A stretch of DNA of 62,427 bases, filler included. It is 4 parts of 4 records of this genome, joined end to end, with 100 filler letters (N's around TTAATTAATTAA, not from the genome) between each part and the next. Parts side by side here need not be neighbours in the genome. Positions count along the whole stretch, not along the records: positions 1 to 14,013 come from SRR31156797_6274; 3 more parts are not named here. One strand, 5' to 3'. A program made the position numbers and the translations under genes. Under the pieces are notes generated by a model that worked only from the letters and a program-made list of their open reading frames with translations, ran no database searches and was not told the DNA's origin. Each line of letters begins with the position of its first letter. Within the stretch, counting starts at the first letter, position 1. Of this stretch, positions 1 to 9,796 are shown in pieces.

Positions 1-2191
1 ACGTGACAGTTTCCCGTCATACGGCTCAAGTCATTTAAAACCAACTTTCAAATTGGCAACAATAATTATTTTACACTTTTCTTTATCCTTTTTCATTTCG
101 TAGTAATCCGAGTATTCTTTTAAGTACGGGTTTGCTTCATGTTTTACTACTATATGTCTTCTTATCTTTGTGTTACTTGCAAATGCGAGTTTTGTTTCGT
201 ATGCTCTAAATATCCAATCTCTGGTTTCTGTATTTGTCCAATATCTTTCTTTTATCCAGTTCTTGGATTTGTTTTGGTGACGGCGTTTCGCCCATCGCCA
301 GAGATAATAGAAAATATGCATATCTAACTTTTGAAAGGTTTCTTTTGAACATACGGCTTTATAGTAATTACACCAGCCTCTGATTACTGGATTTAATGCG
401 TTGATTAATTCTAATTGTCCAGATGCTAGATGTGCTCTTAATATTTTTCTAATCTTTAAAAGTATATTCTTCTTTGATTTTATTGATGGTTTCATTAGTA
501 GTTTCCCTTTGTATTTCCTGATGTTAAATCCTAAGAAATCAAACCCTTCGTTAATATGTGTAATCAAAGTTTTCTCTTTCGATAACTCTAACCCTCTTTC
601 TTTTAAGAACTCTTCTATCATTTCTTTGATATCTTCCAGAACATATCTGCATTTACTAGTTACAACAAAATCATCTGCATATCTTATGATGTTGACTTTC
701 TTTTTGTTGTACCTTCTTCCAAATCTGTGCTTTGTTGGACTTCTCCAGTATTTATCTTGAATTAAATGTTCTAATCCATCCAAAGTCATATTTACAAGAA
801 TTGGTGAAATTATTCCTCCTTGGGGTGTACCTTCTTTGGTAGTGAATAATCTTTTGTTAAAGACATACCCTGATTTAAGAAATTGACTTAGTATTTTCTT
901 ATTGATTGGAATGTTTTCTTTCATCCATTCATGACTGATGTTATCAAAGCATCCTTTGATATCTCCTTCCAATACCCATTCAGCATGATTAGGTTTAGCC
1001 ATTAGTTTAAACAGATGGTCTATAGCATCATCTGTACAACGGTGTTTCCTGAAACCATATGAATTCTTATCTGCTGTGGATTCGGATACAGGGTCGAGAG
1101 CTAATGCATAGAGTGCTTGCATTGCTCTATCATATATGGTTGGTATTCCAAGAGGTCTTGTTTTACCATTTAATTTTGGGATTAGTATCCTTTTTAAGGG
1201 CTTTGCTCTGTACTTCCTATTAGTCAGAGATACTGCACCTATATATTTTAGGGCTGAACTTGACCATAGTTTACCATCAATACCTGATGTTCTTTTACCT
1301 CTGTTAGATGTTACTTTCTTTACTGCTAGAAGTTTAGCGTAATGAGAATTTGTAAGAAGGTGTTGAAGTTTCTTTACAAGGTTTAGTTTTCCTTTAATTA
1401 TTGCTTTAGCTATTCGTGATTGAAGTTTATTAACATGTTTGTTAATTGCTTTCCAATTTATTATTTCCCATTTGAAAGTTGCTTTTGATTTGTCTATAGT
1501 AGCCCACTCCTTTGTGTAATGAGTAATTTGGCTTGCTATATTCATAAAGTTTCAATCCTTTCAATCCTTAAATGACCACGATAGAAGTCTGTTTCCTTTC
1601 GGAATGAGGCAAATTTTGAACCTCTATGTATTTCATTACAAAAGACCCTTCGCTTTCTCTATCTTTCCTTTCCCCACTGAATATTGTACTCATTTTGCAA
1701 AGAGCCTACCTCAAGGGAATTCATTGGGCTTAACCAGTTCTACATATTAGCCAATTCGTATTTCCTTAGATTCCATCCCTACTCCGGAGGTATTAGTCCA
1801 TTTGTTGGAAGGTAAAACAAAGACCGCCAACCCCACCTCATGCCTTTTGGCTACAGTGTATCAGCCTTATTTCACTGTTTACGTTTGACGAAGCTGCAAT
1901 AGTTCATATACATTAATCAGAGGATTTTAAATAATTTCCTTTAAGGTTCTAAGTGAATTATTTAAAATCCATATAGAAATACATTTACTCTAACAGAACC
2001 TCCGCATTAAGGGCTTGCAGATTATCCATATTGTCCTTACAGCTTAGCACCCAGTCATTACTGACTACGCACCTGTAAGTAGAGTTACTCCAAATGGAAT
2101 GAGTAGTCCGAAGGTCGAACTTAATTTATTTTAAGCGACTTAGACAGCCTAATATATAGCTTATCCCTGTTATTTCAAGGGCTGGTCGCAC
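1..2191 (-). mobile_element. Group II intron (probably CL/IIB class); 3' end runs off the window
   Basis: Minus strand starts GTGCGACCAGC at 2191 (GUGYG consensus). Domain V GAGCCGTATGACGGGAAACTGTCACGT at 27..1 lies right after the ORF stop. Hairpin 1853-1878 carries TGATA in its loop, complementary to the exon end TATCA (EBS1/IBS1). RT ORF is inside. Confidence 0.9.
31..1545 (-). CDS. ltrA: Group II intron reverse transcriptase/maturase, no C-terminal HNH endonuclease
   Basis: N-terminal LQSRIAKA...LQHLL...AVKKVTSNRGKRTSGIDG; RPLGIPT, EGDIKGCFDNI, GTPQGGIISP, RYADD; X domain LNPVIRGWCNYY; no HNH or Zn-finger tail. Confidence 0.96.
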   Translation of the reverse strand: MNIASQITHYTKEWATIDKSKATFKWEIINWKAINKHVNKLQSRIAKAIIKGKLNLVKKLQHLLTNSHYAKLLAVKKVTSNRGKRTSGIDGKLWSSSALKYIGAVSLTNRKYRAKPLKRILIPKLNGKTRPLGIPTIYDRAMQALYALALDPVSESTADKNSYGFRKHRCTDDAIDHLFKLMAKPNHAEWVLEGDIKGCFDNISHEWMKENIPINKKILSQFLKSGYVFNKRLFTTKEGTPQGGIISPILVNMTLDGLEHLIQDKYWRSPTKHRFGRRYNKKKVNIIRYADDFVVTSKCRYVLEDIKEMIEEFLKERGLELSKEKTLITHINEGFDFLGFNIRKYKGKLLMKPSIKSKKNILLKIRKILRAHLASGQLELINALNPVIRGWCNYYKAVCSKETFQKLDMHIFYYLWRWAKRRHQNKSKNWIKERYWTNTETRDWIFRAYETKLAFASNTKIRRHIVVKHEANPYLKEYSDYYEMKKDKEKCKIIIVANLKVGFK

Positions 2192-2195
2192 TGAT

Positions 2196-2357
2196 ATATA
2201 ACGTCCCCAGTGTATGTGCAGTTGTTCCGACGAAGTCCTGATATGGTAAAGTAATCGATACAATTCTGTGTGTCCCACCTGCGAGCTTTGCTCTCGAGAA
2301 CGTGCTGGTATGGGCTTTGCCCGAGTCGGAATAATTGCATAGTACACTGTGTTATGC
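2196..2357 (-). repeat. attC-like imperfect palindrome (162 bp)
   Basis: Minus strand reads GCATAAC-A-CAGTGTA-CTA-TGCAATTATTCCGAC...GTCGGAACAACTGCA-CA-TACACTG-GGGAC-GTTATAT. TAAC/GTTA ends, CAGTGTA/TACACTG perfect, inner arms match 13/15. Confidence 0.65.
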
Positions 2358-2487
2358 GTTTATTATGTTTAGGAATGTTTGCTACTGCACATCACACTGT
2401 GACCAGGATGGGAACTCGCAATATAAACTTTTCTATTTCTCATTACCCATAGTGTTATTATTTTAAATTTTAAAAATTGAAAACTGT

Positions 2488-4494
2488 CTACACTTTATAT
2501 ATTTCAAGTACTTGAATCTTATATGCATCAAGAACTACATAAATATTTTTTATATCCTTTCCTTTAATTGGTGCCTTCCATAGAGGTCTATCTGGGTAAA
2601 ATGAAAATAAATCCTTTACTTGAAAATAACTTTCAGGATTTTTATCCAACATTTTTTTTACTCCTGAACCAATTCTAAATATAGAATTTTGCTCATTAGT
2701 ATCTAAATTGCTAAAAACATTTAGAACTTTTTCATCTCCCATCTTTTCAAATCCCATAATTTGTGTATTATTATGTTCACATATCAATCTTTCTCTTTTC
2801 GTTGTTTGTAATGCTTGATTTTGCTCTCTTAAAACTCCTGCTTTAGAAATCCAATAGCAAAGTTCTTTATTTGCCTCTGGTAATTTTTTATTTCTAACTT
2901 GCCAAAGTGTTGGAATTCCACCTTTTCCTTTAAAGTGTAATTTCTTTGCTTCTCCATATTCATCTCCAGCTAAAGTTGTAACTGGACCTCCCATAAACAG
3001 CATAGTAATTAAGGTATTTCCAAATCTTCTTAAGTCAGAGTTTTCTTGACCTGAAAAAACTTCAAGTCCTCTATGTTCATCATGATTTCCACTTCCTGTG
3101 AATTCTAAAAATTGAGGATGATTATAAATATTCCAAATTTCAGATAAATTCTTTTCCCCGAAAGATTTCAAAAGGGAAAGATACCAATTAGATTGAATAA
3201 CATCTCCAACATTAGATGTAAATTGTTTTCTATTATGATCTTCCATTAGCAGTATCAATGATTCAAAATCATTTAGTTTAGTTCTGGCTTTCCATTCAAC
3301 CCATGGTAAAGTCTGTGTGAAAAATTGATATGGCATTCCCAAAGAATGATCAATTCTAAATCCATCAACGCCAAGTTCTACAACTGCCCAAAGCATTACC
3401 CTTCCTATATAATCTAATACTTTTTGGTTTTCCTCAGTAGATACATCCCATTTATTTTGACCAGCGTGAGCTCCATGATTTAAATGCTTTACATCATTCC
3501 ACTCTCCATACCAATTAGGAGAATAAGTCTCACTTACATCATCTGCACCGTATGGATTATATTTTCCATTAGCATCTTTTGATGCATACATTTTTGGATA
3601 AATATATTCAGCAAAATCTGCAATTTCTGTATTTTTGTTCATTTCTATAAGATTTTTTGTTTCATCTAGCTTGGAATATATTGCAATTTGGCTATAATCT
3701 CGGCTTTTTACAGTATGAGACTCAACAAAATAATCCCTAAAAATATAGTTATGCCCAACATGATTTGGAGCAATTCCAAAGACTACCTTCATATTTAGTT
3801 TGTGTGCTTGATCAATCAAGAATTTCATTTCATTATTTGCTGTAGTATGCCTTTTGTTTTTGTCCCACTCAGGTATCAATTTGGCTTTTTCAGAGATTTC
3901 AGGATCAATAGATAACCAATCAGTACTTGCATAGTCGCTTCCTGCAGTATCAACATCATATCCATGCTCCCAATGATCAATTCTATATGGTGTTTGAAAC
4001 CAAATGCAATTGACTCCTTGTCTTTTTAGTTCTGTAAGGTTATACATTTGATAATCAGTAGTAAGCATATCAGAAATTGTGGAAATATCATCGGAATTAT
4101 ATCGTGCATTAGCTTTATCAATTGGTACTTGCTTAACATATAAACCTTCTACATTCTTAGTAGGTACTCTAAAATACATATTATTATTAACCCATAATTT
4201 TTTATTTCCTCTAACAATATAAGCTGTTACAGTATATGTTCCTGGTGTTTGTGTATCAATTGATAGTTCATAAATCATCACACCTCTACAATCTGCCAGT
4301 TTCCTCATTTTCATATTATTAAATATAGCAGGATTTTCTGAACCATGATTTGTATGTAAAAAAACATCAGATACATTTCGTTCCTCTCCAATGTCAAAAC
4401 TTAATTCAATCTTAAAAGTAACAAAATCATTATTTCTTGAATCGATTATCAAACTTCCTGGTATCATTGTTTTACATGTAAAATTAATTTTCAT
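2488..4494 (-). CDS. Alpha-amylase family (GH13) glycoside hydrolase
   Basis: GH13 regions VFGIAPNH, GVDGFRIDH, LLMED and GNHDE. Start moved to ATG 4494, after a GAGGAGG RBS. Confidence 0.8.
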   Translation of the reverse strand: MKINFTCKTMIPGSLIIDSRNNDFVTFKIELSFDIGEERNVSDVFLHTNHGSENPAIFNNMKMRKLADCRGVMIYELSIDTQTPGTYTVTAYIVRGNKKLWVNNNMYFRVPTKNVEGLYVKQVPIDKANARYNSDDISTISDMLTTDYQMYNLTELKRQGVNCIWFQTPYRIDHWEHGYDVDTAGSDYASTDWLSIDPEISEKAKLIPEWDKNKRHTTANNEMKFLIDQAHKLNMKVVFGIAPNHVGHNYIFRDYFVESHTVKSRDYSQIAIYSKLDETKNLIEMNKNTEIADFAEYIYPKMYASKDANGKYNPYGADDVSETYSPNWYGEWNDVKHLNHGAHAGQNKWDVSTEENQKVLDYIGRVMLWAVVELGVDGFRIDHSLGMPYQFFTQTLPWVEWKARTKLNDFESLILLMEDHNRKQFTSNVGDVIQSNWYLSLLKSFGEKNLSEIWNIYNHPQFLEFTGSGNHDEHRGLEVFSGQENSDLRRFGNTLITMLFMGGPVTTLAGDEYGEAKKLHFKGKGGIPTLWQVRNKKLPEANKELCYWISKAGVLREQNQALQTTKRERLICEHNNTQIMGFEKMGDEKVLNVFSNLDTNEQNSIFRIGSGVKKMLDKNPESYFQVKDLFSFYPDRPLWKAPIKGKDIKNIYVVLDAYKIQVLEIYKV

Positions 4495-4679
4495 TTGTAT
4501 CCTCCTCATTAAGCTAATCAAAAGAAATAATAATTAGCTTATAAATTTTTCTTATTATATATTACCAGCTATACCAACCAAATTCATTAAACATTTTCTT
4601 ATAGTCAAAAAATCATATCTATTTTGCTTAGTCATCTGATGAAACTAATTTAAATCCCTTTATTTTGAAATGATTCTTT

Positions 4680-4703
4680 TATCAAGACATAGATGTCTTG
4701 ATA
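4680..4703. repeat. Perfect 11-bp inverted repeat downstream of the integrase remnant
   Basis: TATCAAGACAT-AG-ATGTCTTGATA; function unknown. Confidence 0.6.
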
Positions 4704-4730
4704 TAGTGCGATTGTGTTGCGCATTATTTT

Positions 4731-5139
4731 TTATAAGTCATCTAATGGACTTTTTACATTTTGAATCAAATTAGTACTGACATGAGTATAGATTTCTGTA
4801 GTTTTACTGCTAGCATGACCTAATAGTTCTTAAGCCATGACCAGTTTCAAGTAAATGTGTGGCAAAACTATGTCTTAATGTATGAACAGTAGCATTTTCA
4901 TTGATACCACTACGTTGCTTAGCTTTTATAAAAATATTTTGAATGCTTCGTTTAGAGTATTGAGTTCCCGCTTCAGGTCCTTCAAAAAGATAAATTCTGG
5001 GTTTATATTTTTTGTAATACTCCTTAAGTTCGATTTTTAATTTTTCAGATAAACCTACGATTCTATCTTTTTTTCCTTTAGCACCGTTAATTCTTATAAT
5101 ATTTCTATTTGTATCAATATCACTTAATTTTATCGTTAA
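4731..5139 (-). pseudogene. Integron-integrase-like tyrosine recombinase, 5'-truncated and frameshifted (absent from the ORF track)
   Basis: Manual translation gives KLSDID...GAKGKKDRIV...YKPRIYLFEG...ATVHTLRHSFATHLLETG, then a frameshift near 4830, then ELLGHASSKTTEIYTHVSTNLIQNVKSPLDDL*. The N-terminal half including the first catalytic Arg box is missing. Confidence 0.88.
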
Positions 5140-5634
5140 TCGCGATTGAGTTTAATTCTCTCTCTAAATTATACATTTTTTCACTATGTCATTCAAGAAA
5201 AATAGATATCGTAAAATTATAATATGTGAATTAAAATACTGACTTAATATGCTTGAAAACCGATAAGATGAATAAAAATATACGAAAAAACTATTAATTG
5301 TATAAAAATACCGTTTTTCTAAGAAAAATAACACCAAAATAGTTTTTGTATTTTTATGAAAAAATCAGAAAAAATTTAAACCATATCTTAATATGATGAA
5401 TATTGTGCTAATTTATAGTCTGGTAATATTTTATACTATTCACTAAGTGAAATATGTTTTGGAAAAAAAGAGAGATAGGCGGGGCTAGAATTAATATTTG
5501 AAAATGAAGTATCATGTATAGTATACTTAAATAAGTGTTCGGAAATTAATTATTAGAAATTAAATATTTTAAGAAGAACTAATATAAGCTTTGTGCTTTT
5601 AAAAAAAATTAGAAACTGACAGAGGTGAAATACT

Positions 5635-7230
5635 ATGAAGAAATTATATCTATTTGTACTGTTATTAATATTTTCACTGAACAGTTATCCTGACAGTAGA
5701 GGAGTTAAGCTTCGAGCTAGAGAGTTTGGTGTAAATGAAAATGAAATAGGAAAGCAATGGTTGCTTCTTATTGCGATTAATGAATATACGCAATGGCCAA
5801 ATTTGAAAAATCCAATAAAGGATGCTAGAGAGATAAGAAAGATTTTAACAGAGAATTACTACTTCGATGAAATACTTGAGATTTATGATAATGAGGCTAC
5901 TAAAGCAGGAATAATCAAATCTATTTCAAAAATAAAAACACAGATTAAACTTAATGATTCTTTGCTTATATATTATGCAGGGCATGGTCATTTTGATGAG
6001 TTGTCAAAAACGGGGTTTTGGATACCTCAAAATGCAGGAATAGATGAATTCGAGCAGGAAAACTGGTTGCCTAATATTCAAATAAGAGGTTACCTCAATC
6101 AAATAAAAGCAAAACATGTAGCTCTAATATCTGACTCATGTTTCTCAGGAGATATTTTAAATCTAAGTAGAGGAAAAAGACCTGAAATCAATAATGAATT
6201 TTTGAAAAAAGCATATTCAAGAAGGTCTAAAGAAGTTCTTACAAGTGGAGCAAGCGAAACTGTTCCTGATGATTCGGAATTTTCAATGCATTTGAAAAAT
6301 ATTCTGGAATATAATACAAAATCTTTTTTAGATTTAATGACAGTTTATAATGAAATAAAGCTTGGAATTTTTGAAACTCTTCCTTTATTTGGTAATCTAA
6401 AAGGTTCAGGAAGTCAGGAAGGTGGAACTTTTATACTGTTTAAAAGAGATGAGAAGCTCACTGAATCTGGAAATAATGAATTTAATAATCAAAGGAACTC
6501 GCATAGAAATACATATGATTATTTGGGAAATTTCGTTTTAGTTAAAGGAAATGCTTCTATAAAACATGATTTTTATATATCTAAGTATGAGGTAACGCAA
6601 GAGGAGTTTATTAAACTCATGAATTTTAACCCTTCGGAATTTAGAAGCGAAACCTCTCCCGTAGAAAATGTAAGTTGGTTTGACGCAATAATATATTGCA
6701 ATAAATTAAGTAGAGAACAAAATTTAGCAGTAGCTTATAACGATATTACAGGGAAACTTGTTGATAAATTTGGAAATCCTACTTCGGATTTAACTAAAGT
6801 TGAAGGGTACAGACTTCCTACACAAGCTGAATGGGAATATTCCGCAAAAGGTGCCAAAAATTCCAGTAGATATAAATATAGTGGTGGTAATTATGCTGAT
6901 GAACTGGCATGGTATTGGAAAAATTCAGGGATAAAAAAATTATCAGGAACTTGGGATTGGGAAATGCTAGAGAAAAATAACGGAAGAACTCATTCTGTTG
7001 GACTTAAAAAAGCAAATGAAATTGGACTTTATGATATGAGTGGAAATGTGTGGGAATGGTGTCATGATTGGTATAATAACAATAAAAGCAGTGGTGAAAA
7101 AATATTAGTTGGTGGAAGTTGGAGCAGTGATTTAGAAGATATATCTGTTTTTAATATTGGGAGTTATTATCCAAATGAAATAAGTAATGATACAGGATTT
7201 AGAATAGTTAGAACTAAAATTCAAATATAA
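5635..7230 (+). CDS. Exported caspase-like (peptidase C14) plus FGE-sulfatase/CLec domain protein
   Basis: Signal peptide; YYAGHG and ISDSCFSG dyad; KYEVTQ, PVENVSW, RLPTQAEWEY, GLYDMSGNVWEW, GFRIVR. Confidence 0.88.
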   Translation: MKKLYLFVLLLIFSLNSYPDSRGVKLRAREFGVNENEIGKQWLLLIAINEYTQWPNLKNPIKDAREIRKILTENYYFDEILEIYDNEATKAGIIKSISKIKTQIKLNDSLLIYYAGHGHFDELSKTGFWIPQNAGIDEFEQENWLPNIQIRGYLNQIKAKHVALISDSCFSGDILNLSRGKRPEINNEFLKKAYSRRSKEVLTSGASETVPDDSEFSMHLKNILEYNTKSFLDLMTVYNEIKLGIFETLPLFGNLKGSGSQEGGTFILFKRDEKLTESGNNEFNNQRNSHRNTYDYLGNFVLVKGNASIKHDFYISKYEVTQEEFIKLMNFNPSEFRSETSPVENVSWFDAIIYCNKLSREQNLAVAYNDITGKLVDKFGNPTSDLTKVEGYRLPTQAEWEYSAKGAKNSSRYKYSGGNYADELAWYWKNSGIKKLSGTWDWEMLEKNNGRTHSVGLKKANEIGLYDMSGNVWEWCHDWYNNNKSSGEKILVGGSWSSDLEDISVFNIGSYYPNEISNDTGFRIVRTKIQI

Positions 7231-7250
7231 AAATTAAAAGGGGGATTTAT

Positions 7251-8348
7251 ATGAAGATTAAATTATCAGTTTTATTTTCTTTAATGTTACTAAGTTTCTT
7301 TTACACAATGGCATTTGATACTTTGCCAAATGACAATGAAAACTGGAGAATACCGGGGAAATCAATAGGAATTACTACAGGTTCAAGCACAGGGACATAT
7401 ATTAAATTTGGGGAAACAATTAAGCGATTGGCGAAAGATGAGAATGTAAACGTCAAAGTATACGAGAGTAAAGGTTCTGTATCTAATATGATAAGGTTAA
7501 TTGGTAAAAAAACTTATGATTATGATAGAGATGATGCAGGAAGACCATTTCAGTTTGGGATAGTTCAACATGATTCTCTAAAATATTTCGAAACAAGAGT
7601 AAGGAGAGAAGAGGGCCTTGATCTAAAAAATTATATAAAAGTAGTATTGCCTTTATACAGTGAAGAAGTACATATTTTAGTAAATAAAGATTCGAACATA
7701 AATGATATTATGGATTTAGAAGGTAAAAAAGTAAGTATTGATCAAATTAACTCAGGAAGTTGGGTAACAGGAACGGTTATCCGAAGGTTTTTAGGTTTGG
7801 AATGGAGGCAGTATAACTATTCACCAAAAGAGTCAATTGTAAAAGTAATAAACGGTGAAATAGATGCATTTATTTATGTAGCCGGAATTCCTACCAAAAA
7901 TTTTGAAGCTTTAAGTAACTTGAAAAAAATAAAGAAAAAAGATGCAAACAGTGTAGTTAAGCTACTAGATGTAAAACCTTCTTGGAAAAATAAAGATAAT
8001 CCTTTATGGAGATTTTATTATGAAGCAGAAATCCCCGCATCCTCTTATAAATGGTTGAAAGAAGATGTACAGACTTTAAAAACAAAAGCTGTTCTGGTAA
8101 CATGGAACTATAAAAAAAATTCAAGCAAAGAATGGCACAGATATACTTATGACAATATAGATGATATTATTATTAGCATAAATGATAATTTATCTACTCT
8201 TCAAAGAGATGGACATCCGAAATGGAAGCAAGTTGATTTAAAAGATACTGAAATTGACTGGCCTTTTCATGAGAAAGCATTAGAAGCTTTAGAGTATATT
8301 AACACAGGTAAAATTAAAATAACAGAGGAAGATTTATTTAATTTTTAA
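7251..8348 (+). CDS. TAXI-family TRAP solute-binding protein
   Basis: Signal peptide; TGSSTGTY, SKGSVSN, LYSEEVHILV, DLEGKKV, terminal PFHEKA. Confidence 0.85.
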   Translation: MKIKLSVLFSLMLLSFFYTMAFDTLPNDNENWRIPGKSIGITTGSSTGTYIKFGETIKRLAKDENVNVKVYESKGSVSNMIRLIGKKTYDYDRDDAGRPFQFGIVQHDSLKYFETRVRREEGLDLKNYIKVVLPLYSEEVHILVNKDSNINDIMDLEGKKVSIDQINSGSWVTGTVIRRFLGLEWRQYNYSPKESIVKVINGEIDAFIYVAGIPTKNFEALSNLKKIKKKDANSVVKLLDVKPSWKNKDNPLWRFYYEAEIPASSYKWLKEDVQTLKTKAVLVTWNYKKNSSKEWHRYTYDNIDDIIISINDNLSTLQRDGHPKWKQVDLKDTEIDWPFHEKALEALEYINTGKIKITEEDLFNF

Positions 8349-8350
8349 GA

Positions 8351-8394
8351 TATCCCCTTACTTTTAAGTAAAAAGTAGGGGGATAGTTTTTTTT
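8351..8394 (+). terminator. Rho-independent terminator
   Basis: TATCCCCTTACTTTT-AAGT-AAAAGTAGGGGGATA followed by a T-run, just after the stop codon. Confidence 0.8.
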
Positions 8395-8508
8395 ATGAAA
8401 AAATCAAAACAATACTTTAGTATGGTGAAAACAACACATATTTATAGTATAGTAATAATATATAAAACTATGAAAAGATTAAACTATAAAAAAAGTGGGG
8501 ATGATAAA

Positions 8509-8967
8509 ATGATTGGGAATAATGAGATAAAGATTTTCATTCAAAATGAAAAAGGTAGTGACATCAGAAATAAGCATAATGAGAAAACTCTAGAATTTCT
8601 GGGAAAAGCAAAAAACAGATTAAAAGCTCCATACCCTTATCCTTATGGTTTTATTTTGGATACTTCAGCTGATGACGGAGATAATTTAGATTGTTATGTA
8701 ATAACAAATAAACAGTTTAGTGCTGGAGAGATAATTAGTTGTGAAGTAGTTGGATTGATTGAGCAATATGAGGAAGATGAAATTGACCATAAGATAATTG
8801 CAGTAATTCCAGATGAAGCGGTTGATCTGGAGAGAGCGTATAGTGAGATCGGGGAGTTTATTTATACGATTTTTTCAGTATATGATGATATTGAGATCAA
8901 AGTAGGGGAACTCCTGGGAAAAGAAGATGCTATGGAGCTAATTGAAAATTCTAGAGTAAATAAATGA
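8509..8967 (+). CDS. Inorganic pyrophosphatase family protein
   Basis: YPYPYGFILDTSADDGDNLD and EIDHKIIAV; ATG 8509 preferred because of the upstream GGGG RBS. Confidence 0.8.
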   Translation: MIGNNEIKIFIQNEKGSDIRNKHNEKTLEFLGKAKNRLKAPYPYPYGFILDTSADDGDNLDCYVITNKQFSAGEIISCEVVGLIEQYEEDEIDHKIIAVIPDEAVDLERAYSEIGEFIYTIFSVYDDIEIKVGELLGKEDAMELIENSRVNK

Positions 8968-9764
8968 GATTTATAAATATAGTTGTTATGATGCTTTTCA
9001 TATTTACAATAAATTTTTCATGTACTATTTTTACTTTGAGCGATGAATACAATACCCTGTTTTGCAATAACGAAGATTGGAAAAATCCTAAAAGCAGAAT
9101 ATGGTTTGAGCCAAAAGCAAAAAAGGATTACTATTCTTGTGCTTTCGTTGGATTTAACAATCAATGGGCACAGGGCGGTGTAAATACAGAAGGTTTAGCA
9201 TTTGATTGGGTTGCGGGATATAAAGGTAAAATTGATAAGAAAGCTATGCAAAAAAATGTTAGAGGAAATCCCAGTGAGAAGATGTTAAAAACTTGTAGAA
9301 ATATAGAAGAGGCAATTGAGTTTTATAAAGATCATTTTGAATCAGCTTTTTCATACGCCAGAATAATGATTGCTGACAGTTCCGGAAGTTCTGTAATTAT
9401 AGGAGCAAACAATGGGGAGCTATTTTATGAGAAATCAAATAGTCCAACTGGTATTGGTTATGCTCATGAGAAGGTAAAGAGTATCATTAGCTCAAAACCA
9501 AGTATTAGTACTGCAAAACTAATTGCAAAAATAGCAGAGCAAAAAGGAAAATACGGGACAAAATATCATAATTTTTTTGATTTGAAAAATGGAGATATCT
9601 ATATATTGACCAGTGGAAAAGATAAGAGATTAGTGAAGCTAAATCTTGAAGAAGAATTAGTTAAGGGAAAACATTACTACAATATTCCTAAAATTCATGT
9701 GGAAATAGAGAAGAGATTGAAGAAAAATAATAAGTTTAAAGAAATAATAAAATGGTTTTTTTAA
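8964..9764 (+). CDS. Exported Ntn-hydrolase (C45/C59-like)
   Basis: Signal peptide followed by CTIF (N-terminal Cys nucleophile), NNED and GGVNTEGL. Confidence 0.7.
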   Translation: MRFINIVVMMLFIFTINFSCTIFTLSDEYNTLFCNNEDWKNPKSRIWFEPKAKKDYYSCAFVGFNNQWAQGGVNTEGLAFDWVAGYKGKIDKKAMQKNVRGNPSEKMLKTCRNIEEAIEFYKDHFESAFSYARIMIADSSGSSVIIGANNGELFYEKSNSPTGIGYAHEKVKSIISSKPSISTAKLIAKIAEQKGKYGTKYHNFFDLKNGDIYILTSGKDKRLVKLNLEEELVKGKHYYNIPKIHVEIEKRLKKNNKFKEIIKWFF

Positions 9765-9796
9765 TTGTGCTTGATTAAAAAATTAGAATAGGAGAT

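Noticed and set aside
1922-1970. Perfect 15-bp inverted repeat GGATTTTAAATAATT/AATTATTTAAAATCC as a separate MITE
   Set aside because: It lies inside intron domain I and is most simply a ribozyme stem; no target-site duplication is evident.
2067-2072. Alternative intron 5' end (GTGCGT on the minus strand)
   Set aside because: The 2191 boundary has a matching EBS1/IBS1 pairing and abuts the attC-like element; I found no comparable support for this one.
2126-2452. 73-aa and 60-aa ORFs
   Set aside because: They overlap the palindrome and the intron boundary, with no RBS or protein motifs; likely spurious.
31-7230. Diversity-generating retroelement (RT plus CLec/FGE target gene)
   Set aside because: The RT is a group II maturase inside an intron with domain V. 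I saw no adenine-variant template repeat of the FGE 3' end in the window.
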